Assembly (NCBI GenBank): GCA_010093705.1
Contig: MU006089.1
Location: 2,901,561-2,965,560, forward strand
Source: Patellaria atrata CBS 101060
Taxonomy: Eukaryota
DNA: 64,000 nucleotides
Direction: 5' to 3'
Under the pieces are notes generated by a model, which saw only the letters and a list, made by a program, of their open reading frames with translations, made no database searches and was not told the DNA's origin. Position 1 is the first letter of the stretch. Every line of letters starts with the position of its first letter. Shown in pieces: positions 1 to 12,731 of the stretch. A program made the translations under genes and the position numbers.

Positions 1-543
1 AAAGGCATCAGCGAGATGCCTGCCGGGTACGCCGATTCGATCCCCGAAGTTCCGGGTCAAGAAGGCGATATGAGACAAGACAATACACCGGTTGCTGAGA
101 AGAGCCGGGGTAGCTTTCTGTTCGGGACCGAGGGAATGGGCGTAGTAGGGGGTGGACCGAATCCGTATGCGACGAGTGGCCCGTTTGATGGGAGTGGGAT
201 TGGGGGTGTCATGGCCAGTCCGACGGATTTGACGCCGAAGGGCGAGGAGGAACAACAACAAGTCCAACCCGGACACCAACAGCTACAGCAGTATTATCAG
301 GGGATTGGCCATACCATGACCTCAGGACAGAGCTACGCGGACGCCCCGGCCCCGCAACCGAGTTATGGGAATAAGCCATTTTTGGGCCAGAGTGGTGGAC
401 TGAGAGAAGGGGGATTGAGGGGTAGAGCGGAGGAAGAGAGGAGAAGGGAGAGTAACCAGAGCAGGCAAAGTAATACGTCTGCTCAGTCAGAGTGGACCAG
501 GGAGGCGGTGTTGAGTTTGCAGTTGGGTGAGGATGGACGATGA
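1..543 (+). CDS. 3' end of a hypothetical protein (5'-truncated by the window)
   Basis: Frame open from base 1 to TGA at 541-543; G/Q/S-rich low-complexity C-terminus; no recognisable domain. Confidence 0.6.
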   Translation, partial: KGISEMPAGYADSIPEVPGQEGDMRQDNTPVAEKSRGSFLFGTEGMGVVGGGPNPYATSGPFDGSGIGGVMASPTDLTPKGEEEQQQVQPGHQQLQQYYQGIGHTMTSGQSYADAPAPQPSYGNKPFLGQSGGLREGGLRGRAEEERRRESNQSRQSNTSAQSEWTREAVLSLQLGEDGR

Positions 544-1724
544 TTGGAAATTGCATGAAGAGCGGTTAGTGGGTTTTGGCTATCACGTATCCTAATGGGA
601 TATACCAGGTTATGTGTGGATTGACGTCTGGGTTAGCGAGGGGTCATTGTTGTATAGTTCCCAAATGGATTTGGAAAAATGGTGCTTTGGGGAATCGTCA
701 TATGAGCATATGTTTTGAGTACGAGCATTAGCGTAGGCATAGCAAAGGTAGCCTTGTTTGAGCATTTTCACTTGAACGATATTTTGTGTTTTTAGAATTG
801 AGAATATGCTTACACAGTACCTACCGTATAACATCGTATCATATAGAATATGTACAAACTTTACTTTTGTTGTGTCGTGCTGTGCAGGCAGGACAGGCTA
901 GTTGGGACTCACCAGCAGTTCAAGTAGACCTTCCTACGAGTAAATCGAAAGTAAATTTGTACAATTAATTATGAGCGCAAATGATGAGTAGAACAAAGGG
1001 TGCTCTTTTCCTTATGACGAAGTTTACTCATGAGGTTATTTACAGCGGTGAGGTGAAGTTGTAGTTCTTGTATAATTAGCAAGGTGGCCATCTCGCTTCC
1101 GCCACCTCACAACAACACAGAGTTCCCTCCAGATCATCACCATTCACACCAGATTTCTAATAATCATCCTTGTAGGAAAAATAAGAATTATACCAGGAAT
1201 CGTATCATCGCAGCATGCATGCCCTGGTATTCAGCCGTTATGGCTTTATCGTACAGTACAGAGTAGAGTACAAGTATACCTTTCTATACAACATCTCCCC
1301 GAGTCCCTGAGTCCCTCCTGCACATCGTGTCACAGCCGTAGATTGATTTCATCTCCGCTCATCTCGCACTTCGCTGCCATTTTCCCTCCTTTTCACTTTA
1401 TCTGTACCACTTGCTAGTCCTACCATTCGCTTCTTTTGCCTATTTTCCTGAGTTGATCTCTTTCCTTCTCGGTTGCTGGCGTTTTCTGCTGTACTGTCCG
1501 GGCCCTTTACAGTAATTTGTACAATATACAATATCTACCAAATAGGAACTACAAGCGACTGATCATGGCCATGATAGCCTTCAATAACAAGGGTGAGTCT
1601 CTCGCGTACCTGATTTTCTGCACACATGTACATTCTGTACGGTGGTATCTCCTGTAACCTTTCTCGAGAAAACCAACAACTGACCCTCGTCGACAAATTC
1701 AGTGCGCTCATGTCTTGACATACA

Positions 1725-2837
1725 ATGCCCTTCAGTCTCCTCCCACCTAATATTCGAATCAAGCATCGCGGCGGTCTCCTAGCCATCGTCCTCATAACCA
1801 TCTTCTACCTCGCCTACCGCGAACATGCGGGACCCTCCGCCCACCGTCCCATCAACACCTCCTCGCACCGCTCCACCGTACCCCGTCGAAAAATCCTCAA
1901 AGCGTCAATGCTATACGGGGAAGCGAACCCCCTCCTCGAACAAGCTCTCGCAACCCACACCCGTCACAACGAGTTAAACGGATACAGCATGCACATCCTG
2001 CGCGAGGAAATAACACCAGGCTACTGGAACAAACTCGCATACCTGCAATCCCTCCTCGTGACCGAGCTCGCCAAACCCGCAGCCGACCGCGCCCAGTGGA
2101 TCCTCTACACCGCGCCCGACACCATTCTCCTCAACCCCCTCCTCCCCCTCGAAACGTTCCTCCCTCCCACCTCCCTCGCGCCGAAACCCCTCTTCCTCGG
2201 CGTCCGTCCGACCCGCGACCTCCCCGGCACCGCATCCTTCTTCCTGCAGGTGCATAGAGATACGTTGAGCCTGCTCGTCGAGACGATGGCGATGCCGTTG
2301 CTGCAGGCGACGCCGAACCAGAGCCCCGACGTCGGCGCCATGGCGCTGGGCACCGTGCTCAACGAGACTAATTTCAGGAACAGGGTGTATTACACGCCAC
2401 TGCACTGGTTCGCGGGCGAGGGACCGAGCCGCGGGAGTCGCTCCGGGGATCTGCTCATCCGATTCCCGCCGTCCCTCGGTGGCGATCGGTGGAGGTTGAT
2501 GCGGGACTGGATCGAGAAAGTGGCGCAGGGTGTCCATGAGATACCGGTCGAGGGGTTGAAGTTGGGGAAGGAGGCTGAGAAGTTCTGGGGTAGGGTTAGG
2601 AAGGCGAGGAAGACGCTGTCGAAGGGAGAGGAGAGGGTTAAGGATAGGGAGGGGAGGGGTGCGCAAGCGAAGGATGAATTGTATAATAGTGTTGCGTTTT
2701 TGGAGCAGGCTATTGCATTCGACGCTGAGGATGAGCGCGCGCTTAAGGATGGTATGGAATTTGTTGAGGCGGCTGTGGAGTTGGATGTTAAAGCTGAGAA
2801 GGAGGAAGAGCAGGTGGCTGAGCGGGAGGATGTGTAG
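1725..2837 (+). CDS. Glycosyltransferase family 34 (GMA12/MNN10-like), type II membrane protein
   Basis: N-terminal TM anchor (LLAIVLITIFYLAY); GT34-like segments MLYGEANPLLEQALATH, YWNKLAYLQSLLVTELAKP and WILYTAPDTILLNPLLPLETFLPP. Confidence 0.8.
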   Translation: MPFSLLPPNIRIKHRGGLLAIVLITIFYLAYREHAGPSAHRPINTSSHRSTVPRRKILKASMLYGEANPLLEQALATHTRHNELNGYSMHILREEITPGYWNKLAYLQSLLVTELAKPAADRAQWILYTAPDTILLNPLLPLETFLPPTSLAPKPLFLGVRPTRDLPGTASFFLQVHRDTLSLLVETMAMPLLQATPNQSPDVGAMALGTVLNETNFRNRVYYTPLHWFAGEGPSRGSRSGDLLIRFPPSLGGDRWRLMRDWIEKVAQGVHEIPVEGLKLGKEAEKFWGRVRKARKTLSKGEERVKDREGRGAQAKDELYNSVAFLEQAIAFDAEDERALKDGMEFVEAAVELDVKAEKEEEQVAEREDV

Positions 2838-3853
2838 GTTTGGTTGAGGAGATGGCGTTTGGGGTTAGGATATTATCTGCGCTTTATGGGTTTATGGCTG
2901 ATGATTATAAGACGTTTGGTAATCAGAAGTCCAGCTCTACTTTTCTGAGAAGACGATTTGGTTCGCATGGTATCCATATAGAGAGGTTTCCGCAATCGTA
3001 CTCCACGAAGAATAAGAAATATGTTCAATCCGATTTCCCTGGTTCACTAATTGCATCAACCACCGAGAATAGATAACTGAGCCTCTCGCAATGGGATAGG
3101 ACTCGCTCTATTCATTGTCACTACTAAACGCCTCGCCGTGTAATGTGCTTGTCTTTACCTTCTACCGTACTGCACCGTTCTGTATCGTACAAGCACCCAG
3201 GAGGGCACATTCCCAGCACCTTCCAAAAGAGTTTATCTGAACGATTTCCTCCCGTACATACACTTAACATAAAGTCACAGCCTCAATTAACAGTACCCAG
3301 ACACAGTACAGTACACGAACCAGAAACCTGTACATCTTAGATTTCAAATACAAGGCCCCTCAGAAAGTCAAAATCAATGCTTTCAGTCTCCGTATAACAA
3401 CTCCTGCCACTTAACCCCCCTACCGCGAAACACGAGCACCAGCTTCGAGCGTTTCAGATTTCACTCTCTCACAAAAAACAAAAAAAAATCAGAAAAAAGA
3501 AAATTCCAAGTAAATTCATCATTCATATTGCGGCGAGCATCAAGCCCAGCCAGCGTGCCGAGCAAACTACTCTATGTACGTCTGTCTACCTTAGCTACTA
3601 TCATTCACGATCCACCTCAGGGTTGACCTCTGTACTGTATATCTATCCCATCCGATCCCAACCTAAAACCCATGAAAATTGCCGCGCCGATATTGTGGAA
3701 TGCGGTACGGTACGGTATGCCTGAACGCCCATCTCTCCCTCAATGTCAACACAATCATCCCCAGACGCAGACACAGACAGACACATCCCTTTGACATCCC
3801 CATAAGTCCCCACCAGACGGTCCATCAATGTCAACTCACAAAACAACCCGAGC

Positions 3854-4946
3854 TCAGTTATTCACAACAGCAAAGAACAAATTCTCCTGTCTCAAAAACA
3901 CGGTAGCAGCGGGGTCCTCATCGACACGGGACCAAGTGGGGGCGCGCTCGAAGAGCTTGACGCGCGTCGGTTTGCGGTCGTCCTCGAGCTCGGCCTCCAC
4001 GGCTGGGTCCGTCTCGATGGCTAGCTCGGCGTCGATGGTGCCGGTCGCTTCGGCGATTCCCTCTGTTGCCTCTGCGATGCCTTCGAGACCCTCCGTTGCT
4101 TCGGCGATACCCTCGAGTCCCTCGGTTGCCTCGGCTGCGCCGTCGGTTGTGAGGATGATCTCGGTAGTGGCAGTGGCGGCGAGGTCTTCGGTTACGGTCA
4201 TGGTTTCGTTGGCGGTGACTGCAGTGTATTAGCTTACATGTCCGTTAGGGGGAATTTTTGGGGGAAGGAGGAGAGGGCGTACTCTGGACAGTCTCCGTCC
4301 TCTCCTTTCCAGGGTTAGCGAAGAGGGAGCTCAAAGCATAGAGGTTCCTCTCATTGCGGCCATTATCGATACGATTTCCGAAGCGGTCGAAGCGATCATT
4401 CCTATCGTTATCATCGTTGTTGTTGATTTGCACGATCTGCACGACCTGGACGACCTGGATGACGGTCGAGACGTCGCGGTTGTTGCGGCGGTAGTTGGCC
4501 CGTCTGCGGCGGTCGCGGCGGTTGTTCTCGTTGCTCACCGCGATTAGCTGGTTCTTGACTTGGTTCACGACGATGGCGTCGTCGTTGGCGAAGATCTGCG
4601 TGAGCTCTTGCTGCACGATGACGATGTCGTTGTCGTTGTTGCGCCCGTTGCGCCCGTTGCGTCCGTTGCGGTTGCGATTTCGTCGTCTGCCTCGCTCGCT
4701 GAGGGAGTAGCTGCGCTTATTGAAGTCCTCAATCATTTGGGATTCGGGGAAGGCGGGCACGGGCTGGGGCTTCCGGGCGACGAGGGAGAAGAAGCCGCGC
4801 TTCATGTGGTCAATCGGAGTGGCGGCTTTTGGTGATATCAGTAGGGTTTCTAAGATGTGTGGTTTTGATATTGTGAACTTACCGACTTCGGACGCCAGAC
4901 CGGCCGCGAGGGCAATGGCTAGGCAGGTTGCTTTTGAGAAGAGCAT
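3854..4946 (-). CDS. Secreted hypothetical protein with N/R/D-rich and acidic repeats (3 exons)
   Basis: Signal peptide MLFSKATCLAIALAAGLA; introns 4826-4882 and 4229-4282 (GT..AG) join ORFs 4245-4946 and 3854-4201 in frame; (NGR)n and ATEGLEGIAE repeats. Confidence 0.75.
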
Positions 4947-6364
4947 CTTTGCTGTGTATGGCTAGACTTGAAAGAAGATGAGAACTGGGTATATGTCGAC
5001 AATGAACGTGGGTCCGGCCACCAAATGAGAGTCAAAAGATCAAAAAATATACAATATCAATATGCTATCAAAGCTGGGCAACTATCAAAGCCGCAAAGAA
5101 AGTAAAGAACGGGAGAAAAGAGAAAAAGAGAGAAGGTCTAGGTATTATTAGCAAAGGAGTGGTTTGCTGATAGAATTTCTGATGAGAGAGGAAGGAAAAA
5201 TTATACTTTTCGAGCAGCAAGGCAGGTTTATGAAGGGCTGGCCCAACTCTCCAAACCCCATGCTTCCATCCCATCATCTCGCCTCTCTCGTGGCCGCCAA
5301 GCCGGAGCCGACAGATCGTCGACACCGCTTGGAGGCCGGGTTGCCTCTGATCCGGTCTGAGAAAGTTCAGAAGAGACTGTCTGGACCCTCTGTTGGGTTA
5401 GAGCAGGTGCCCTTTGCGTGGAGGGCAGGCGGCCGAACGTGTTCAGCGGTGCTGGAGAGCATGATGGATTTCAAATGTCGAGACTTCGGTTGTGACAGGA
5501 ACCCTGCTACGATCTCATGAGCTTAAAACTTTGTCTGGACGTGTAGGACTTCGCGTGGTGTCGTAAGGAGTTTGGTTGTCATGTTGAAACGGTAAGTGTC
5601 TCGGTGAAGATAGAGATTGAGTCGGACGGGGACGATGTGACTTCAATTTCATCGAATCCGTTCGGGATATCCCGCAGAGTGCTGACAGTATAATAATATT
5701 ATTGAACTTGATCCCATGCGTGATTGAGTTTGTAAGCTTGTTCCACGGGTAGTTTGTTGTCTTTTCGTCATAAGCGATGTGTAGTTGCTGTCTGTCGGAA
5801 AATAGTATGACAGTTTCATATCGTGCACCATTTTGGGTTTAACTCCAAAATCGCCAAGTTGTTGTACAGATCATCAAGTCGGTCTAACTATTACATCTAT
5901 TGAATAAAAATAGATGCTAAATTCATGTATGACCTAACAGGAGTGTCGTGGACTCAAGGTACCTGCTATAATGAAATGCTCCTCGGTAGCTGTGCAGTTA
6001 ATTCAGCTGTACTGTACTAGACATTTGTATAGGGGCCTCGATCAATATACAAAGTAATAGAACATGGGAGGGTCTATTACCTATAACAAGAGTTATAAGA
6101 TCTACAAAACATATCGCTGTACAGTACTTGCAATTACAGTAGGGTACCCACAATTGAATCAGGGAGCGCAGAAACCTGGAGTTCCAATCGTGAGACGGGC
6201 CCAGCCTACCATGTCTGTACTCATCACATCGTATGACTTGACAATAGAATTTTCTTGCAAAGCTACTCTTACTGTACATATCCTGTATGTTCTTCAAGCT
6301 CAAAGGCGACGCTTAACGCCATGCAATGCAAATGAACCACATCCTCGGTGGCCAGGCCAACACA

Positions 6365-8810
6365 TCAATCCTCATCGGTATCAGTGTCGGTATCGGTCTC
6401 ACTCTCAGAATTCTCATCACCTTCGGTATCGCTATCGTCGCTTGAACCGTCATCTGTTTGGACCCGTTTCCGCCGGGATGTTGGAGCCCCGGTTAGGTTG
6501 CCGCTCTTTAGAGCGTTCATCTGTCCTGCTAGAGTATCTAGAACTCAAATCAGTATTTGATTTCAATAGGCATAGGAGAATCATCAGTACTTACCCTCTT
6601 CTGGTTCACTGATTTCTTCTTCCTCCGACATCTCTTCGGCCTTCGAAGCCTCATCCACGACCAAAGTGACTTCCATTTTAGTATCTAGCCCAATATAACT
6701 ATCGCAAATGAGATGCATGACGAATGTATACTGACCCGGCTGCGGCGGAGCACCGAATTGCATCTTGAGCGTCTGGACATTGAACGTGGGCGTTCCATCT
6801 TCCTTAAAGAGAGGCTTGTCGAAGGTTCTGAACGTGAATGGCGGTACTGCAATCTTTCCTGACTTGCTGTCTGCAAGGAAAATATGCCATTTAGGAGAAT
6901 GATCGCGAGCAAAGTATGGAGCGTGCGCCAAAGGTGGTTGTTCCTCCTTCTCTTCATTTACTTTTACTGACTTTTCTCCCTCGGCGGTCTTGACCTTCTT
7001 TTTGCGTCCGTGGAGAGCATCGAGATCGCCTTCTGCGGGATCAATATCCTCTAAATCAAGCTCATTGACTTCCGGAATATTCCTCGAACCGGGAGGAATA
7101 ATTCGACCCTTTATCACAAGCTGGACAAGACTGCTAGGAATTATGTACCGCTCACCAACTACTTTGAAGAAAGCCTTCTCCACGTGCAGCACAGGTAGTT
7201 GTGAAGCGACAGAGAGCGAGGTCTGAAGTTCATTTTCGCTCAGTAAGCCTTTGCTTACGGCCCGTCTCCTCACCTCCGGAGGTAAGCGCATGAACTCGTC
7301 GATAGCCAAATGAGTCCGGGCGTTTTCTCCCTCGATTGCTTGTACGACAGATGGTGTGAAATACGGAAGCTGTAACAAAGGCGGTGCACCCGGTGCGAGC
7401 GCTTGAATGAGATTTTGCGAAGTACGGAATGACGCGAGTACCGGGTCAACGTTACCAAAAGCCAGGGCGATAGACGTAAAAGCATGATTTAAGTTGAAAG
7501 CAGTTGGTGCAACCTCGATTTTTTCTGTCATCATGTAAGCGCATGATACTATCAGATCAGGTCTCTATCAGCGTGCTTACCTTCATTGAGTGTTTGGTCT
7601 TCCAAGTCTACGCGACCAAGATACGCCCAAAGTAAACCAAGTGTCTTCCTACGCACCCCACCATCCAAGTCCTCCAACTTCTTTCGTTCTCTAGGGCCTA
7701 AAATTGAGTTGTGTGGTAGACCATCTCCCTGAGACAGAATCTTTTGCTCAAGTTTCGACGACCCATGGTCTGCTTTATGACCTTTAAGTATATCATTGAA
7801 CTCTTCTCCGCTACTCAAAGCTCCAATGATACCCTTATCAGAGATAAATGGGATATACTCTTTGAAGATGTTTCCAGCGCTTGCCACCAAAACTTTATCT
7901 CTTGTGACTTTCTGAGTACCATACCACCATTTTCCCACTAAGTATGGTAGCAGTATACCTAATATCGACCCGTAAACCACAAGAACATATTTACCGTGAC
8001 CTTCTTGAACAAGCCACTGGGGAAGCGCAATTCCAATACTGAAGCTTTGCTTTCCATCGGGGTGTCCATACTGGATATAGTTATTTCGGATTTCCTCGTC
8101 GGTTAATGTTTTAAACGCCTTCACTATTTCCACCCAATTGTCATTGATGCTTTCTACAGTGATATTCTTTTCTGGATCAGGATGCGCTTTATCGGGATGC
8201 TGAGTAAGGGAAAGCTTCCTGTAATGACTCTTAATCGCTTTCTCGTCTGCGGACTACTTCATGTTAGTTATGACAACATGGCCACGCTTTAATATGAAGT
8301 GCTTACCCTGGAGATCCCTAGAACATCATAAGGATCCCAGATCTTTGGGATCGTCCTTGCTGTGACCACCAGGAGATAAGACATCCAGGCAATAATCTGC
8401 AAGAATATTCTTAGTATTTATATAACGCTTTTCATCCCATCTAATTATGCTCACAAGCCATCCCGCAACTGCTAGTATCATGCGCTTCAACTTGCGCTCC
8501 TTCCGTTTCTGCTTCTTTCTTTGCCCCTCTATAAGGGCGGCATGTTCTGGTTTGAAATCGGACTGTATCCGTGGGGCAGTATTTTCAAGTTCTGGGGAGT
8601 GGGCTGTCAGAAAGCTGTGCCACTCCTCAACGGATGGGGTACGAACCTTTGCTTGGTTTCAACACATTGTAGGTGACGGGGAGGGTAATTAGGGCGGTAA
8701 TGGTAATGATAAAGAAAGGGAAGAATTGGCCCTAACGATATTAGACAGTCTTCCTTGTTCTGCGCTCACACAACACTTACCTGCTCGTCATAGTTGTAGT
8801 CAGTAGACAT
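6365..8810 (-). CDS. SEC63: ER translocation protein Sec63 (J domain + Sec63/Brl domain, acidic tail), multi-exon
   Basis: Starts MSTDYNYDEQ; J-domain HPDK motif near 8190; NYIQYGHPDGKQSFSIGIALP; C-terminal PPLAHAPYF and HLICDSYIGLD; DTDTDTDED tail ending at TGA 6365-6367. Confidence 0.95.
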
Positions 8811-10267
8811 TTTCAGGGAATATGCGGTGTTAAGGCCACCACAAGTTGATGTTGTAGAACCTCTAGAAAAATGGTGTCGCGAAAATCAATATAGAAATCA
8901 ATGAAAAAGTGGAAAGGAGCGCATGTCTCCAGTAAGTGTGTTAAAGAGTTTCCTGGTTGGTGGCCGGACGTATTCGCTGGGCAGTGAACACGGTTTCTCA
9001 TTGATACAAAAAGATGCAACTGGCAACATCTCACTTACCTTATCAGGAAAGGCGCTACGGCAGACTACACCCCCGAAGCTACGATCAACTATCAAGTGGC
9101 GGCGTGCTGCGTTTCTCTGGGATACCGTAGCATTTCGGGTCGAGTTCAAGTCCTGACCAATAGGATCATTCACTCTCTTGACATCCAACCTTTGCTCATT
9201 GTTCACAGTCTCCATGGATACAAATCATTGGCGTATGAATATGGGCTATGCAAAGATTTCAAAGAAACAAGAGAAATTCTGAACGAGTTTTGCTATAGTG
9301 ATTCGTTCATGAAAGCACGTTCGCCTTGGGATATATCATAGAAGCATTTTCTGCATTAAGAGACCCCTAGTGTGTAGATCTTAGACATTATGTACATAAT
9401 CCACGAATCAACCATCTTGACTATAGATGCCTTCGTTCTATCGATCCTTATCAAAAATACATCCATTGATCTAAAGTAATGTCAACCTAACAATCCCTCG
9501 TAAAGGTGTGGCATCTCTAGGCATTCAGGCATTGCACACTAGGGTGGCTAAGAAGATGTTTGACTAAACGTGGAGTACAATAAAACTATTCCATTAAGTA
9601 AGGTTACTCTCTATGGCCTTACTTGTACAGCAGATGTATAGTGATAGGAGAATATTAACTGTGACAAAAGGAGAGACTCTGTATCGAAATCAATCAGTAC
9701 ACTTCATTAACCCTACCGAAGCTAGAGCATAATCGAAGTTATGTTTAGATCATAACAGTCCCCAAATCTATCTCATACAGGAGGGATGGCGAAATTCTAT
9801 TGAATTGGTGCAGACGTTTCGGTGTGAAGCGTAAAGGTAGCCCATATTTACTGGCTGTGAATCCTGAACAACGTCCAATCTCGAAACTGGTGCCTGCAAT
9901 GCGTAAGTCAAGCAATATAACACGTCAGGTTCATTGAGTTGGTGAATATGAAGTGGGCGTTTGTACTGGACGAGCACCTGACCAAGTACCAAGCCGCAAC
10001 TCAATACAAATATCAACAAATTTTCTCCTTCTTTCTTCTCCACAACAACTCACTCGGCGCACCTCGTCTTCTTCTGTTCCATAGACTCATTTGGTACGCC
10101 TCTCTTGCTTGTCATTCTAAATACACACTTCACACCGTCCCCTTATTAGGTTGACATACGTAATCACAGAAACGCGTTCAACTACGGTAGCTACACAATA
10201 TTAGCTTTCTGTTTTACAACCCGCGTGATACGTTCTCTGTTTCTTCAGATACGCCAGACTTCGCGCG

Positions 10268-11646
10268 ATGTCTAGCAAAACCATTGCAGAATCATCCAAC
10301 GCTGAAGGTCTTAATAAAACACAACGGAAGGAATCGTTTAACATAATGCCAAACAATTTGGATGATGGAAAAGATTCCATCAGGAATTCTGAGGACACAC
10401 CTGCTGACACCCGAAGGGCATTTAGCGCTCCTGTCCAACGTTCCCTTCCTTACCTGCCACCAATCGACACTGAACGCGCAAATCGTCTCGGCCATATGGG
10501 TGAACCAGCGATCCGATTCCTCCATATGAAACGGTTCGACCTGACGATGGGGCTACGGAAGCCTAAACAACGATGGTTGAGTCATGACGAAAATTACGAG
10601 AGATTCTGGGAGGTACGCAGAAAGATCTTGGATAGCAAGGACAGAAAGGGTAACAGAGACAAATATGGAGAGGTTTTGCAATGCCTTCCGGGATCAGAGG
10701 ATGCATGCATAGAATTATTGGAGGTCGTGACGAACTTCCTTGTAAAAACATATCCATCCAAATTCAGGTTCCGCGGACCGATGTATGATTACCCCCTGGT
10801 ATCTGTAATACCAGTGCTTAAGACCATGTTTGGGGAGAAACGAGCGATAGAGAACCGTAAATCTGGAGAGTTATTCGGCCTTGGAGAGTGGTGCGATATG
10901 CCTCCTATGGAGATTGTGGCACGACTTTGTTCGGAGGACTTCAATATCCTCAAGAAGGACAGCGAGGGCCAGCACCGTTTGTAAGTACACCTATCAACCT
11001 ATATCTTACAACTGGATACTAACGAGTCGCCTAGGATTGCTAGTGCCACACTGTTTCCAGCAGGGTGGAAGCTCAAAGAACGTATAGGATGGACAGTCAC
11101 ACAACTCCACGAGAAGGTCCCCTCTTGGTATCCGAAGCTATCGCAGCCTGTCGAACAGTGAGTATCTAACAGAGACATAACGTATCTGTACTCCTGCTAA
11201 TTAATGGCGTTAGCTATTTCGACCGGCTAAACGAGGAAAATTGTATGGAACGTACAACATATTTCATCCAGAATGCATCACCATGGAGAACTTTCTTCAG
11301 CGACCTCGACGAGTTCCTGTTTATACAGGAAGGGAAGGATTTCTTGAGCGGGGTATTCCGCAACCTCACGCCAGAGAGTATCATCGTGAGGCACGAGCGG
11401 CAGACCTTCACCCGGCTGCCAAAGTCGGACACTGTACTTTTTACAGTGAACACATCGCTCGTGCCTCTCGTCGACCTGACCGACGAGCAGTTGGATGGAT
11501 TGGCGAGCGAGATATGCTCGTGGCCGCATGCGACGGCCAGGTACAGGGGAAGAGACTTGTGGGGTGAAATTGTGGTGGACTTCTGCACGTACAGAACCGG
11601 AATTGAATATACAATTCCTGACACGCCGCTTGAAGTGAGCGTATGA
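10268..11646 (+). CDS. DUF3445 protein (heme-dependent oxidative N-demethylase alpha-subunit-like family), 3 exons
   Basis: LTMGLRK, EDFNIL, ATLFPAGW, LHEKVP and IIVRHERQTFTRLPKSDTVLFTVNT motifs; introns ~10981-11034 and ~11158-11214. Confidence 0.8.
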
Positions 11647-12731
11647 TCATAACGGCACCAGAATTAATCGGTACACTTCTGAATGCAGGCCAGATAGGAT
11701 TTGTATGATAATGTAGACTGGGCTCTCTGATTAATACTCTTTTACGGCTTGATACCTTCCTTTAGAACTCTTGATCTGACTTTGACCATAGAGTGTATCA
11801 ACTAGGTAAACTGAGTCGACTTTCAGGTAGTATATTTCGTATCGTGTACTTGTTAATGCAATCGCTTTCCATTTGTCTGATCGCAAATCCGGCAACATCT
11901 AAACGTATCTCGAACCTAGTATTGGCAAACGAGCGTATGATCGCTGCACACATAGTTCTGCACCGACAAATTGACTAATCAAAACAACCCCTTGGGCTAT
12001 ACAAAGAAGTCAGCGTCCACATGAATGTAAGTGTAGAGGAAGCTCAAAGGGGCCAAGGGATCGTATGAGGGGAATGGGCAGATGGTCACCCAACAGATCG
12101 ACCAGAATACTTATACATCATTTCATTCTCTGTTCTTTCCGACACATTATCAATTCTCGTACATGAATGCTATGAGGGGTTTGACAACTGAGTTGACGTT
12201 GAAGTTAGAAGAGGGTTTATAAGCTAGTCCGGAAAAAGTGGTGGCCCCCTTATACTTTCCAGCCACTAAGGGTACTTGCAACTCATATTGTTCGCCTTCT
12301 TGGAAATAAGGTATCCGGGCGGAGATGGGCGGCGAATCGATCCTAACATGTGAAAACGCTTTGGGTTTGCTGCATAGTTGATATTCAGCTCAATGTTTTG
12401 CCATCCAATAGTTGGTGGGTGTCCCATACGCTGGATCTTCCATCGGTGCGTTCTAGCTGAAGGAAAGGATGATCAGAGGCTTCATACTTTCCTCATCAGT
12501 CTTCGAGCTGAATATTCGCTTACACTGGTTCTCGCAAACTTCACCTTCGAGGTTGCCATCTTTCTATTAAATCTGATCGTTTTCCTATTTTCCTAGAGTC
12601 GGTCACTTCAAACATTTCATGTTCGTGGAATATCTTTCACTCCCCTTTAAAGTTGTTCAGCCCATGATTCAATAGTTGCGATTCTACCCCATCTCTCAGC
12701 CTTCAAAGCACCTCCAAATTCTCTCAGTAAA

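Noticed and set aside
1974..2666. 230-aa antisense ORF and similar long antisense ORFs (42427-42963, 43925-44524, 59478-59963)
   Set aside because: Shadow ORFs opposite GC-rich real genes, with no recognisable motifs.
6064..6612. 182-aa plus-strand ORF
   Set aside because: Overlaps the SEC63 last exon and 3' region in antisense; no domain evidence.
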